A stretch of 64,000 nucleotides of DNA from Zygnema circumcarinatum SAG 698-1b (taxonomy: Eukaryota; Plantae; Zygnematophyceae). How positions within the stretch are numbered: position 1 is the stretch's first letter; each line of letters opens with the position of its first letter. The stretch lies in contig CM074815.1 of NCBI GenBank assembly GCA_037447605.1, positions 2,232,001-2,296,000 on the forward strand, read 5' to 3'. Made by a program: the position numbers and the translations under genes. The notes below the pieces were generated by a model. It was not told the DNA's origin and made no database searches. It worked only from the letters and a program-made list of their open reading frames with translations. Below, one piece after another: positions 26,797 to 38,777 of the stretch.

Positions 26797-29700
26797 AGGA
26801 GAGAGGGAGAGAGAGAGAGACAGGGAGAGAGATCTGAAAGAGGTAAGGGAGGTCATTGTTGCGTTTTTTTTTTTTTGTTTCCTCTCCCCCCCCATTTTTC
26901 CGATTCCCTTTTCCTTTTCTTCTTTCCTTATTTTTGACGCTGGTATGTGTGTGACTTTAAGAGGGCTCTATTGGAAATTATTTTGGGCACTTAAATTATT
27001 TAATTTTGGTCCACTTTTGTGATCCCAAATTAGCTATCGTTAACTGAAGTACTGCGGCTGACAGCATAGAAAGCCACTGCCCTTTTTTTTTTTCCGTAGG
27101 GGGGAGGAGAGGGAGATCGATTGCTGCCCGAAAAATTATAGACAGATTTTGACTCAGATAATTAGGCACATGGACTCTTAGGTCGTTATTGTCTTATATT
27201 TCGGTTTTTCCTGTAGGAAAATTTTACCAATCCGGAACCTTTATACACATAGAAACACAAGGCTTGAGACCCAAACATGAAGCCCAAAACTGAACAAACC
27301 TTTCCTTTCCTTTCTTTTCTACTTTTTACTTACTTTTCTTGGACATTCCGACCTAAAACTATGAACTTTTTGCATCGAAACATCTCCACATGCATATATT
27401 CAATCACGTTTTTTGCCTTCCGTACGCAATTGACTCATCAAACCGTGGTTGCCCTGCCCTTTCCCTCCCTCGCTCTCCCTTTCGCTTCCTCTCCCTCTCC
27501 CTCTCCCTCTCCCTCTCCCTCCCCCGCTCCCTCTCCCTCTCCCTCTCCCTCTCCCTCACCCTCTCCCTCTCCCTCGCCCTCTCCCTCTCCCNNNNNNNNN
27601 NCCCCCCCCCCCCCCCCCCCTTTCTTGGGGTTCTACCTTTTAAGTTTAGGGTTTGAGCTTTTTAGGGTTTCAAAGTTTAGGGTTTTGAGGGAGGTTATAG
27701 GGTTCAGGAGGGCGAGGTTTCAGACCTGTCCCCTTTTCCCCTCCCCTGCATTATGAAGCAGACCTTAGGTTAATGCAGGGTTCAGGTTCAGCGTTTAGAA
27801 TTTAGGGTTTCACGTTTAAGAGTTCTCTTGAAGGTAGGGGATGGCTTAAAATTTCTCATGTTTTGACTCAGGGAGTGACCAGGAGCCCCCAACCTTACCT
27901 TCTCTAATTCGGCAATAAAAAAAAGGAGAAAAAAAACTTGTTTTTTTCTTCAACTTCTAAAATGCCGCAGATTTGAGGAAACAATCGGAGGACGAAGGAA
28001 AAAACTAAAAAAGGGAATTTAAGATAAAATTAAGTGGTCAGGTGACCTATTCTGTGCTGAATTTTGACGGTGTTTTGCAGAAAACTCTACGTTGAGTTCT
28101 CTTCTATAGTGTCTTTGGTACCCTTTTTTTTTTTTTCGGAATATCTGCAGTTTGTTGTTTGAAGCATTTCTTTCAATTCTGTCTTCTTCCCTCCCTGGTC
28201 GCACGGACGCTGTTCTATGCACCTCGTTTCGTGTTATAACTGTTACTGGGTTTTGCTCAATTTCAGTGTGTTGCTGTTAGACGGTCTCTCTCTCTCACCC
28301 TCTCGCTCTCTTTCTGCCGCCCTCGTCTCTGTCCTGTTACTCTCACTCATAGCTAACAATGGCAATGCTTCATGCTCGATGTGAAATGACGAGAGGGACG
28401 GAGAGGGAGGGGAGGAGGGAGGAGGGGAGGGAGGAGGGAGGGAGGGAGGAGAGAGGAGGGAAGAGGGAGGAGAGAGGAGGGAGGAGGGAGGAGGGAGGAG
28501 GGAGGAGAGGAGGGAAGGGGGGAGGGAGGGGGGGAGGGNNNNNNNNNNAGGAGGGAGGAGAGGAGGGAAGGGGGGAGGGAGGGGGGGAGGGAGGGAAGGA
28601 GCATGGAGGGAGGAGGCAGAAGGGAGGAAGGGAAGGATGACGAAACAGGAAGGAAGGTTGTAGGAAGGAGGGAGGAGAAAGGAGGAAGGGAGGAGGGAGG
28701 AAGGGAGGAGGGAGAGGGCAGCAGGGAGCGGGGAGGAAAAAAGGGAGGTAAAGCTCATAGTTTTTGATATTTTTTCCGATTTTTTTTAGAAATTTCCATG
28801 TTTAGTGCTTGAGCAAGATCCGTTGAAATATTCGTCATTGGGGGCGGCCGACAAATAGACCTTTTTTTTCAATTTTCATCTTTTTCTGCTTAGGAAATAG
28901 CCTTAACCAAGTTATGGAGGGAAGATTGGGTGAGAGTGCGAAGTAAATTTCTTAACAAGCTTTTATTTCAGTTCATGTGCATATAGTATTTATACCTATT
29001 TTGCTTAGATTCCAGAGGAACTTTTTATTAGGGTTAGGTGTTGGCCCAGGGCAATTTGGAGAAAGCTAATACTTGTTCTATGTGTGGCTGACAGTTAGGG
29101 TTTCAGTTATCGTCTGATGACGGAAACTTGAACTTTTGTAACATTTTTTGTTCCTTTTTTTGTGCCCATTTTCTTGGTCTGAACTGAACTCAACTGAACT
29201 GAACTGAACTTGAAATGAATGGTGAAGGATGGGATGGGGGTTTGGACGAGGGCAAAAGCCCTAACCCCCCCCACTTATTTGGTATTTTATTTCACTTTGA
29301 AAATGTGCGCTCTTGATGTTGTGTGGATGCTTCCTAAAACTCCGGAAACCCTAAAAACCCTAAAACCCTAAATGACCTAAAAACCCTTAAAACCCTAAAA
29401 CCCTGAATGACCTAAAAACCCTAAATGCCCTAAAAGCCTAAAACCCTCAATGACCTAGAAACCCTAATTTCTCTAAAAACCCTCATTTTACCGAACTTCT
29501 CGGTGTAGATCATGGCGGGGCATCGAATTGCCGTTCGTTTAATTCGCAATACAAAATCAAAATCAGAGTGTGGCCTTCGGTTTCCATTAACGAGCACCAT
29601 TGTGACTTTATCACGCAGTTTCTTTCTACAAATTAACTTTACCGAGGTGGTAGTGCCAAAAAAACAGAATGCGGCCCAACAACGAGCTCGCGCGTGCACA

Positions 29701-30233
29701 TGCCAACCGTGACGTGACGTGACGTGACCGGCCGACGATTTTGTTCCTATGGCTGTTGCGTTTTTTTGTTTTTTGTTTTTTTTTTGCCCGTTTGGATGCC
29801 TTCCATACACACAGTTCTTTAGCATTAGCGGGTTCAAAAACAAGGTCAATAGGCCCTCCCTCCCTCGCGAGTGCGTGCGTGCGCCCATCGCTCGACGACC
29901 GACTCAACCGATTCTGGCAATTTCCGAACGGTTGTTGGACAGCGTACAACCAAATATGACGTCACATGACATGGCTTTTGAACAGTCGACCGGAACTGCC
30001 GCCGTCGAAAGGAACCGTTGCGTGCTCCGTGGAGAGGAAGCTTCCTCGAACCTGCCGCATTTCCTCCCACTCTCCCTCCCTGTCCCTCTCTCGCTCTCTC
30101 TCACACTCTCTCTCTCTCTTTCTCTCGCTCGCCCCAACCCAGGCGCAATGCAGCATTGCAGCGACAAGGAAAACTGTTTCCATGCACAGAAATCGAAAGA
30201 GATTTTTAGTTAGGCCTCCGTAGAACGGCCCAC

Positions 30234-31307
30234 ATGGAACTCAGGACTCTCCAGAGCCTCATTTTCTCGGCCTCATTTGTTGTGCTGTGGACCGCTGCGC
30301 AGGCGCAGCGCTACTCCCCATTTCAGGTCTTTTTTTTTTTTTCTTTCTATGCTGATTAGCATATTCGTTGAATTAAAAATTTATGGTTATCGAGATTCTC
30401 TTTTTTCTGCAAATGAATTTTGAAGTAAAAACAAATTATCGAATGAACATTGAACATGATCACTCTTAACCCTAATTTATTAATTTACGAATACGCCTTA
30501 AATCTAAAGAAACTCAACTGACTAATCGCACTCGGATGTGATTATGTTGACGAAATTTTTATTGAATTCAAACCCAATTCGTTCCTCTCCCCACTCTCTC
30601 GTCCTCTCCTCTCGCTATCTCCGTCCCTCTCCCACTACCCCCCGGCTTTCCCCCTCCTCTTTCTCTCTCCCTCTCCCTCTCCCTATTCCCCCCTCTCTCT
30701 CCCCCCCTCTCCCTCTCTCTCCCTCTTCCTCCCCCCCTCTCTGTCCCTCCCTTCTCCCTCTCTTTCTCTTCCTCTCCCCAATCTTTGTGCCCCCCTCTCC
30801 CTCTCTCTCTCCCTCTCCTTCTCTCTCCCTCTCCCTCTCCCGCCCTCTCTGTCCGCCCTCCCACTCTCTCCCTCTCCCCCCCTCCCTGTCTCCCCCTCTC
30901 CCTCTCCCTCTTCCTCTCCTTCTCCCTCCCTCTCCCTCTCTCGCTCTCCCTCTTCCCCCCTCTCTGCCTCCCCTCTCTATCCCTCTCTCTCCCTCTCCCG
31001 CCTCTCTGCCCCCCCGCTCTCTCCTCCTCTCCCTCTCCCCCTCTCTCTGTCCCCCCCTCTCTCTCTCCCCCCTCTCTCCCTCTCCCCCTCTCTCTGTCCC
31101 CCCGCTCTCGCTGTCCCCCCCTCCCTCTCCCCCCTCTCTCTCTCTCCCTCTCTCACCCCTCTCTCTCCCTCTCCAATTCAGGGGCAATTCAACACGTACA
31201 ACCCTGCAGACACACCCCACGTGGTTCTGACTGGCACTGGCCAGACCGCAACTGTGAACGTAACGGTGGTGCATGTGAAGGTCTATTTGGAGAAGCTGCG
31301 AGGCATC

Positions 31308-31389
<82 letters not shown>

Positions 31390-31765
31390 AAGATGGAACT
31401 TGATGCTTTGGAGCGCCTGGGTTCAAGATTTTTTCAATTTTAGGATTTTTCGGGGTTTAAGGCTTTTCTGATCCTTCAAGGTTGTGAGTTTTTTCGAGTT
31501 GCCGGGTTTTCAGGGTTGTGGGAATTTTAGGGTTTCTGTTTTTTGGGTTTTCCGGGACTTTCGGGATCTGTTTGAGTGCATGTGATGGATGGCCAATGGA
31601 ATTTAAAAAAAAAAAAAAATTCTTGAGAACTGCTAACCACATGGAGACGGAATTGTAATATCTTTGCAATCGCAGAACATTTGTACAATTTTGAGGCCAT
31701 TCTCTTCGTCACTTTCAGCTGGCGCGATCCTGCAGGTGAGTCATAATCTCAAGTCTCCATCCTTT

Positions 31766-31808
<43 letters not shown>

Positions 31809-32847
31809 GCCGTCTCCGTCCTCTCTCTCTCCCCTCTCACACTCTCTCCCCTCTCACACTCTCTCCCTCCCCCTCTCTTTCTCCCTCTCCCTCTCTCCCG
31901 CTCTCCTCCACTTTCCCTCTCTCTCTCCCTCTCTCTCTCCCTCTCTCATCTCCCTCTCCCCCTTTGCCCTTACCCGCTCTCCCTCTCCCCCTCTCTCCCT
32001 CTCTCCATCTCCCCCTTTTGCGGGCTCTTTTTCTCTCTCTCTCTCTCTCGTCGCTTTCGGTCTCAACCCTCACACACACACACACATCCCCTTAAACCCT
32101 AAACCCTGACAGCTTGACCTCCTTTGACTTTCCTTCAACTTCGCAGCATGGAACATCGTCAAGGATCGAAGCGCCGCAGTTTGGAATCCCAACGGAACTG
32201 AGAGCGTTGGCGCGAACGGAAACACGGACGCATGTAAACGGCGCTGCTCGCCGGCGGCCTTTCTGTGCTGCGACGCGATATGGCTCCCAACGACCGATCT
32301 CTTCAATGCAGAACGAGTACCTCAGAGCACATTCGAAGAGGGTATGTGAAAGTACCGATTTCGAACTCAACTTCAATTTGGATCTCTCCCAAAGGACTCC
32401 CTTTCTCTCTCTTTCTCTCTTCTCTCTCTCTTCTCTCCCTCGTTTTTTTTTTTTGAGTTTTTGAGTTAAGTGATTGTCTAGTTTTACATGCTAGGTAAGA
32501 TTGGATATATATATTTTTTCGCTTGTCTTATTCAGCGTCGGCGCCTAATTGGGTATAAATGGGGTAGTTCTCTGAATGCAGAATCGATTGTCTTTTGGAA
32601 CGGCTCTGTGGCCTGGGAGAGACGCATTCAGGGTACAACTGGAAAAATTTAACAACTTCCAAATCTCTGGAAACCTTAAAAACCAAAGAATTTGTAGTCC
32701 TCCCCCTCTCTCTTTCGCTCGCTCTCTCGATCTGTCCCTGCATCCCCTTCGTCTCTCTCACTTCCTCTCTCTCTCATTTACCCCGTCCTTCACTCCTGCC
32801 TCTCTTGCCTCTCTCTCCCTCTCTCTCGCTCGTCTCCCGTCCCCTGC

Positions 32848-32882
<35 letters not shown>

Positions 32883-35800
32883 GGCTTCCTCTCCCACTCC
32901 TTACCTCCCGCTTCTATGCAGTTATCCCTCCGTTTGTCTCCCTCCGTCAGGGCGTAACGCATCCTCCAGTTTTTACGGAAACTGTAACATTGTCCCACAT
33001 GTGACTGCCCTGTGCAGCCATCTTCTACACGCCGATGTCGTTTGTCAGTTTTCCGTTTGACAAACAGGTACTCATGTGAAAGCCTGCCCCTTCTCTCTCT
33101 CTCTCTCTCTCTCTTCCCCTCTCTCTTCTCCTCTCTTCTCTCCCCCACTCCTCATCCTCTCCCCTCCCTCTCTCGTTCTCTCCCACTACTTCTCTCGTTC
33201 CTCTCTCGCCCCGCATCCTCGCCCTCTCCTCTCTCTCCTCTCTCCCACTCTCCCTCACTCCCTCCTCTCTCTCCTTCCCCCTCCTCCGTTGACACACCTC
33301 CCCAAATAAAACCAATTCCAAAAAGCCTACGTGCAAACATCCCCTCTCAAATCCTTCCAATCTTCCTGACTAATTTCTGACTAATTTCTGACTAACATCA
33401 AACTAAGTGTGGCTAAACCTGAGCAGGTCCTGCAAATAGAGATGGGCAGCACGCAAGGCCGTACGATGTGGATCTACGTCCCGAGCAGAACTTCGGCGGA
33501 GATCAACTTTGCAGATACGGACAACGGCGAGATGCTGTCGGGATGGCGAGTCACTGGAATCGAGATCAAGTCGGGGCTGATCAACTACACACGTGTGGTG
33601 GACTCGGCGTCCTACTCGGATCCAAGTGAGTGGATCCTGGCGGCTTCAGAATCAACCACGATCGCTGGTATTGATCAAAGGCAGTGGGCCAGGGTTCAGA
33701 TTAGGGTTGGAGTTAGGGTTCAGATTAGGGTTTGGAGTTAGGGTTCAGATTAGGGTTGGAGTTAGGGTGCAGATTAGGGTTGGAGTTAGGGTTCAGATTA
33801 GGGTTGGAGTTAGGGTGCAGATTAGGGTTGGAGTTAGGGTTCAGATTAGGGTTTGGAGTTAGGGTTCAGATTAGGGTTCAAAATTAGTCTTTCTTTACGG
33901 TTTCAAAATCATGCTCTCCGCTTAATGTGTCTCATTTCTTCGATATTTTTGTTCTCTCCCTTCATACTGATCTGTCCGTTCTTTCTGACTTCTGCTCCGT
34001 TTCTATGTCCTGCGACTTCCGTTGCAGACGACCCTCTTCCGTTTAACGGAGATCCTTCCGTACGGAGGGCAGGGTGGGCCGAGGATTGGCCGTGGTCTCT
34101 GGATATTTCGGAGACAGTTTTTTTTGTTAATATTTACGTCAGCCGGCTTTCGTCATTCTATGTTTACAACGTAAAATTTTTAAAACCATTTTCTATTTTA
34201 AAACCCCCCTTGCTTTTTTTTTTCAATTTTGGCACCGATTTTGACGGTTTTTTTTCGTGATGAATCCGTCCTTTTAATGCTGAATCTGGACGTGATTTCG
34301 GACCAAATGCAGGCGATCATTCCGATGATGCTGACGGTCTCCCTGTCGTGGATCACCTTTTTGGTGGATCCGGAGAATCTTGATACACGTGTCACCACCA
34401 CAGTGGGTCTCTTCCTCGCCCTCACCGCTCTGCAACTCTTCATAAACAGCAAGGTACATTTTTCCTTTTTTTTTTTTGTTTTTTTTTTCCTTTTGATAAC
34501 CTCATTTTTTCCAGTTTTTTTTATTGATTTTTTTATTTTTTCAACAAAGAGAGGTTGCAGTTATTTATTTTTTCTATATTTATTTATTTATTTATTTCCT
34601 CTTGCAGCTCCCCTCCTCCTCCTACAGCACTCGCCTGCACAAGCTCGTGCTTTTGTCCTACGTGGCACTTGTAGTGGCCACGTGGGAGAGCCTCTTCGTG
34701 CACTACCTCTCCCGCAAGGTAGAGCTCTCTCCTTCTTCTCTCTCTCCCTCTCTCTCTCTCCCACTCTTTCTCCCTCTCTCCCTCTCTTTCTCCCATTCTC
34801 TCTCCCTCTGGCTCTCTCCCCCCTCTCTCTCTCCCTCTGCCTCTCTCTCCCCCCCTCGCTCTCTCACACCTGAAACTTTTGCCGTTTTCTCTCCCACTTC
34901 CCTTACTTCCCTCCTCTCTCCTCTCCCTCCTCCCTCTCCTTTCCCTGCTCCCTCCCCTCCCTCGCCCGTCCCTAATCTCCCTCCCTCCCTCCCTCCCTCC
35001 CACTCCACTCCCTCCCTCCCACTCCCTCCCTCCCACTCCCTCCCTCCCACTCCCTCCCTCCCACTCCCTCCCTCTCACCCCTCCCTCTCACTCCCTCCCT
35101 CCTCACTCCTCCCCTCTCCCTCCATACATTTCTCTCTCCCCCTCTCTCTCCCTCTCTCTCATCGCAGGATGTTCGTCGATTTGAGAAAAAATCCACAGAA
35201 CTAAAACTTGCCGCAGCAGCGAAACGGAACGAGTACATGGCATCTCTCGTGGATGAAGCATTAAATGCAGGCCGTACAACTCATCATTACCCCTCAGAAC
35301 AGTCCGAAAACGGGTCCTACTTTAAACGGAAATCCGTTTCTATGCTACGGAAAGCGTCTGCTTCCCTGAGATTTTTTTTCTCAGAAAAAGAAAAAAATTC
35401 CGAAATCGAGGAAGAAGGAGGCGAGCTTTTTCATTTGAAGACTGAAAAAAAAAAAGACGACGAGAAAGAAAAAATTCGAGAACGAAATTTTGATGATGTC
35501 GAGAGCGGTTCTATGATAAAGAAATCGACGAGATCGATTCTTAAACTGAAACTGAACGGAGAGGAGCATAGAAACACGGAAATTTCGAGCTCGTTACGTT
35601 TCCGTCCTTTGTCTCAAAGCTCTCGAATGTCGTCTCTTTCTTCGACTTCGTCCCCCCGGGCAGCCGATGAAAGTTTTACCTCCGACATGTGGGGGTCCAA
35701 AAAAGTAGAAAAAAGTGCTCAATATTATCTCGAAGATGTGATCGAATTTAAGCTTCACCCGTCGCATTTTCCTTTAGCCGAAAGGCCGAGGAGGTACGGA

Positions 35801-37982
35801 GAGTGGTTAGGGTTAAGCACGGCTGCTTATCTTTGGTCTTTTTTCTATAAGAAATCGATTAAAGTGCTGGGAAAATTTCAGTATGTGAGATTACCTAATG
35901 AATTGGAGGAACTTTATCGCAGAGCAGTTGGGTATAATAAGGGAAAAAGCGAGATCGAGTGGGGGGGAGAGAGAGAGGGAGAGGGAGAGGGAGAGGGAGT
36001 CGGAGTGGGAGAGGGAGAGGGAGTGGGAGAGGGAGAGGGAGAGGAGAGGGAGGGAGAGGGAGAGGGAGAGGGAGAGGGAGAGGGAGAGGGAGGAGTGAGA
36101 GGGGGGGTTGAAGGGAAAGTGAAGAAGGGAAGAATTCAGAAGAAGACAATTCAGGGGTTTGTGTTAGTGGAATGTGGGGGACCAGAAAGTGAAAAGTTTG
36201 AAAAGAAAAAAGATTTTGTGAATGTGTGGGAGTGGAAGCTGATGAGCAAATTCTGGGAACGGAGGAGGAAAGAGAGGGAGAGGAAAATTGAGGAGGAAAA
36301 AAAGGGTATGCGAAAAAGGGATTTGGAGAGGAAGCTGACCGCTATGAAGGACTGGAAAAGTGAAAAAAAGAGAAGGGAAAAAGAGTATAAAAGAATGGTG
36401 CAGGAAATACGGAAAAAAAAGAGAGAAGATTGGTTCAAAATGGTGACTTTGCGGAGGAAAAAAGGGAGAGAAGGGGACCAGATTAGTAATAAAAATTTAG
36501 GATTGAATTCAAGGGAGAATGAGGCCTTAGATTTAGGGTTGGGTGGAGGAGAGGTAGGAGAGGGAGAGGGAGAGGGAGAGGGAGAGGGAGAGGTGGGAGA
36601 GGAAGAGAGTGGGAGACGTGTGGGAGTGGATGGAGGCAGGGGCGTGAGAGAAAATGGTGGGAGAGGAAGGAGAGAAGAAAGGGGTGAGGGAGTAGAGGAT
36701 GGTGGAGGGAGAGGAAGGAGAGGGGAGGATGGTGGGAGAGGAGGGAGAGAGGGCGCAGAGGAAGACAGTGGGAGGAGTGGGCTGACAAGTTTCGATGTGA
36801 TGGAAGTTTCCAACGATTTCATTGACGAGGTTAAGCCCGAACCCGCTGCCCTCCCCTACTTCATTCCTTCAGCCATTCTGCCTTCTGCGCGCTTTCTCTT
36901 CCTCTCTCTCTTTCTCTCTCTCTCTCCCTCCCACTTCCTCCATTCCCCTCTCCCCACTCCCCCTCTCCCTCTCTCCCTCTCCCCTCTCCCCCCTCCCCCT
37001 CTCCCCTCTCCCCTCTCCCCCCTCCCCCTCTCCCCTCTCCCCTCTCCCCTCTCCCCTCTCCCCTCTCCCCTCTCCCCTCTCCCCTCTCCCCTCTCCCCTC
37101 TCCCCTCTCCCCTCTCCCCTCTCCCCCTCTCCCCTCTCCCCTCTCCCCTCTCCCCTCTCCCCTCTCCCCTCTCCCCTCTCCCCTCTCTCCCTCTCTCCCC
37201 TCTCCCCTCTCCCCCTCTCCCCTCTCCCCTCTCCCCTCTCCCCTCTCCCCTCTCCCCCTCCCTCTCCCCTCTCCCCTCTCCCCTCTCCCCTCTCCCCTCT
37301 CCCCTCTCCCCTCTCCCCCTCCCCTCCCCCTCTCCCCTCTCCCCCTCTCCTCCCCCTCTCCCCTCTCCCCTCTCCCCTCTCCCCCTCTCCCCCTCTCCTC
37401 TCCCTCTCCCCTCTCCCCTCTCCCCTCTCCCCCTCTCCTCTCCCTCTCCCCCTCCCCCTCTCCCCCTCTCCTCTCCCCTCTCCCCTCTCCCCTCTCCTCC
37501 CTCCCTCCCTCCCTCCACCCCCAATGGAATCTCATTGCCCCCTCTCCTCCCTCCATCGCTCCCCCCCCTTCCCGCCCTCTTGCAGGTTAACCTCTCCCCC
37601 TCCCTCTCCCCCCCTCTCTCCCTTCCTCCCCCCCCCCCCCGCCACTAAATCTCAACCTCCCTTCCCCTCCCCTCCCCTCCCCTCCCTCTTGCAGGCCAAC
37701 CTCTCCCTCTCCCTCTCCCTCTCCCTCCCCCCCCCTCCCTCCCCTCCCTCCCCCCCTCCCGCGGTCCCTTCCCGAAGCCTCCGCGCTGTGGAGCGCAAGG
37801 CCCGGCGGTGGCACGCTTCGCACGTGCGGCGAGTCGCCCGGCAAATGCGGCGACTCGAGGCGGAGATGCGGCGGATGGAGGACCCCGCGCGCGTGTCACG
37901 TCACACCCGAACGGTGGATCTATGCAGCCTCGTTCTGTTCCCAGTTGCGTACATCGCGCTCGCGCTCTGGATGCTCATGTAG
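30234..37982 (+). CDS. Cys-less (Pro-loop) pentameric ligand-gated ion channel subunit, ~1000 aa
   Basis: Phase-consistent GT-AG exons: 30234-30326 (signal peptide), 31182-31311, 31676-31735, 32147-32341, 32582-32632, 33018-33067, 33427-33625, 34028-34170, 34313-34453, 34608-34718, 35168-36829, and a last exon ending 37982. Motifs [38 protein letters not shown]; M1 [17 protein letters not shown]; M2 [19 protein letters not shown]; M3 [18 protein letters not shown]; M4 [20 protein letters not shown]. Confidence 0.9.
33690..33880. repeat. Intronic 24-bp telomere-derived tandem repeat (GGAGTTAGGGTTCAGATTAGGGTT)n
   Basis: About 7 copies visible in the pLGIC intron. Confidence 0.85.
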
Positions 37983-38777
37983 CGGGGGGGGGGCGGTTCC
38001 GTGGGAGGGGACGGAACGGAACGGAACGCGAGACGGAACGGGGATTGGGAAAAGGTATGTAAGAATAACGGACGGGTGGTGTAGGTTTAGGGTTTAGGGC
38101 TTGGGGTTTAGGATGAAGGGTTTGGGGTTCAGGGTTTTAGGGTTTGGGATTTAGGGTTTGGGGTTTAGGGTTTAGGGTTTGGGGTTCAGGGTTTAGGGTT
38201 CAGGGTTTAGAGTTGGGGGGATTTGAGGGTTGAAAAAGTTTTAGCATGGAGGGAGGGCCCTGTGCCTATAGCTCGTCTGGAGGACATATATTTATTGCTT
38301 GACTATATGTACTATTGAGGATTGAAGTGTACATATATGTATTTCTATTTCTAGGGATTAAATTTTTCACTTTTGTGATTGGCTACCGCGTAGGGTTTTG
38401 GAGATTTGAGGTTTTCGGGGTTCACGAGAATAGGATTTACTATTTGCTCACCAAAAATATGTACCAAGAAGATTTTTTTTTTTGGGTGAAATAAACTGTT
38501 TGCAATGTCGACATCTGATTTGAAGTACATAAATTGCACTTCTGTCAAGAATCTATGCCCCTCTCGTGTGCGCCCCCAAAACCCTTCTCACAAACCCTAA
38601 AAACCTTTAATTACCCTATTTTTCTCAAATCCTAAACCCAGGAAATAAACAATCTTTGCATTTTTTGAAACCTCGACCGCGACTAAAAATTAGGCTCAAT
38701 TGAACCCAAAATATAAAAAAAGAAAGCACTCCACAGAAACTAAAAAAATCCACATTTTTCCCCATCCAATTTCTCCG

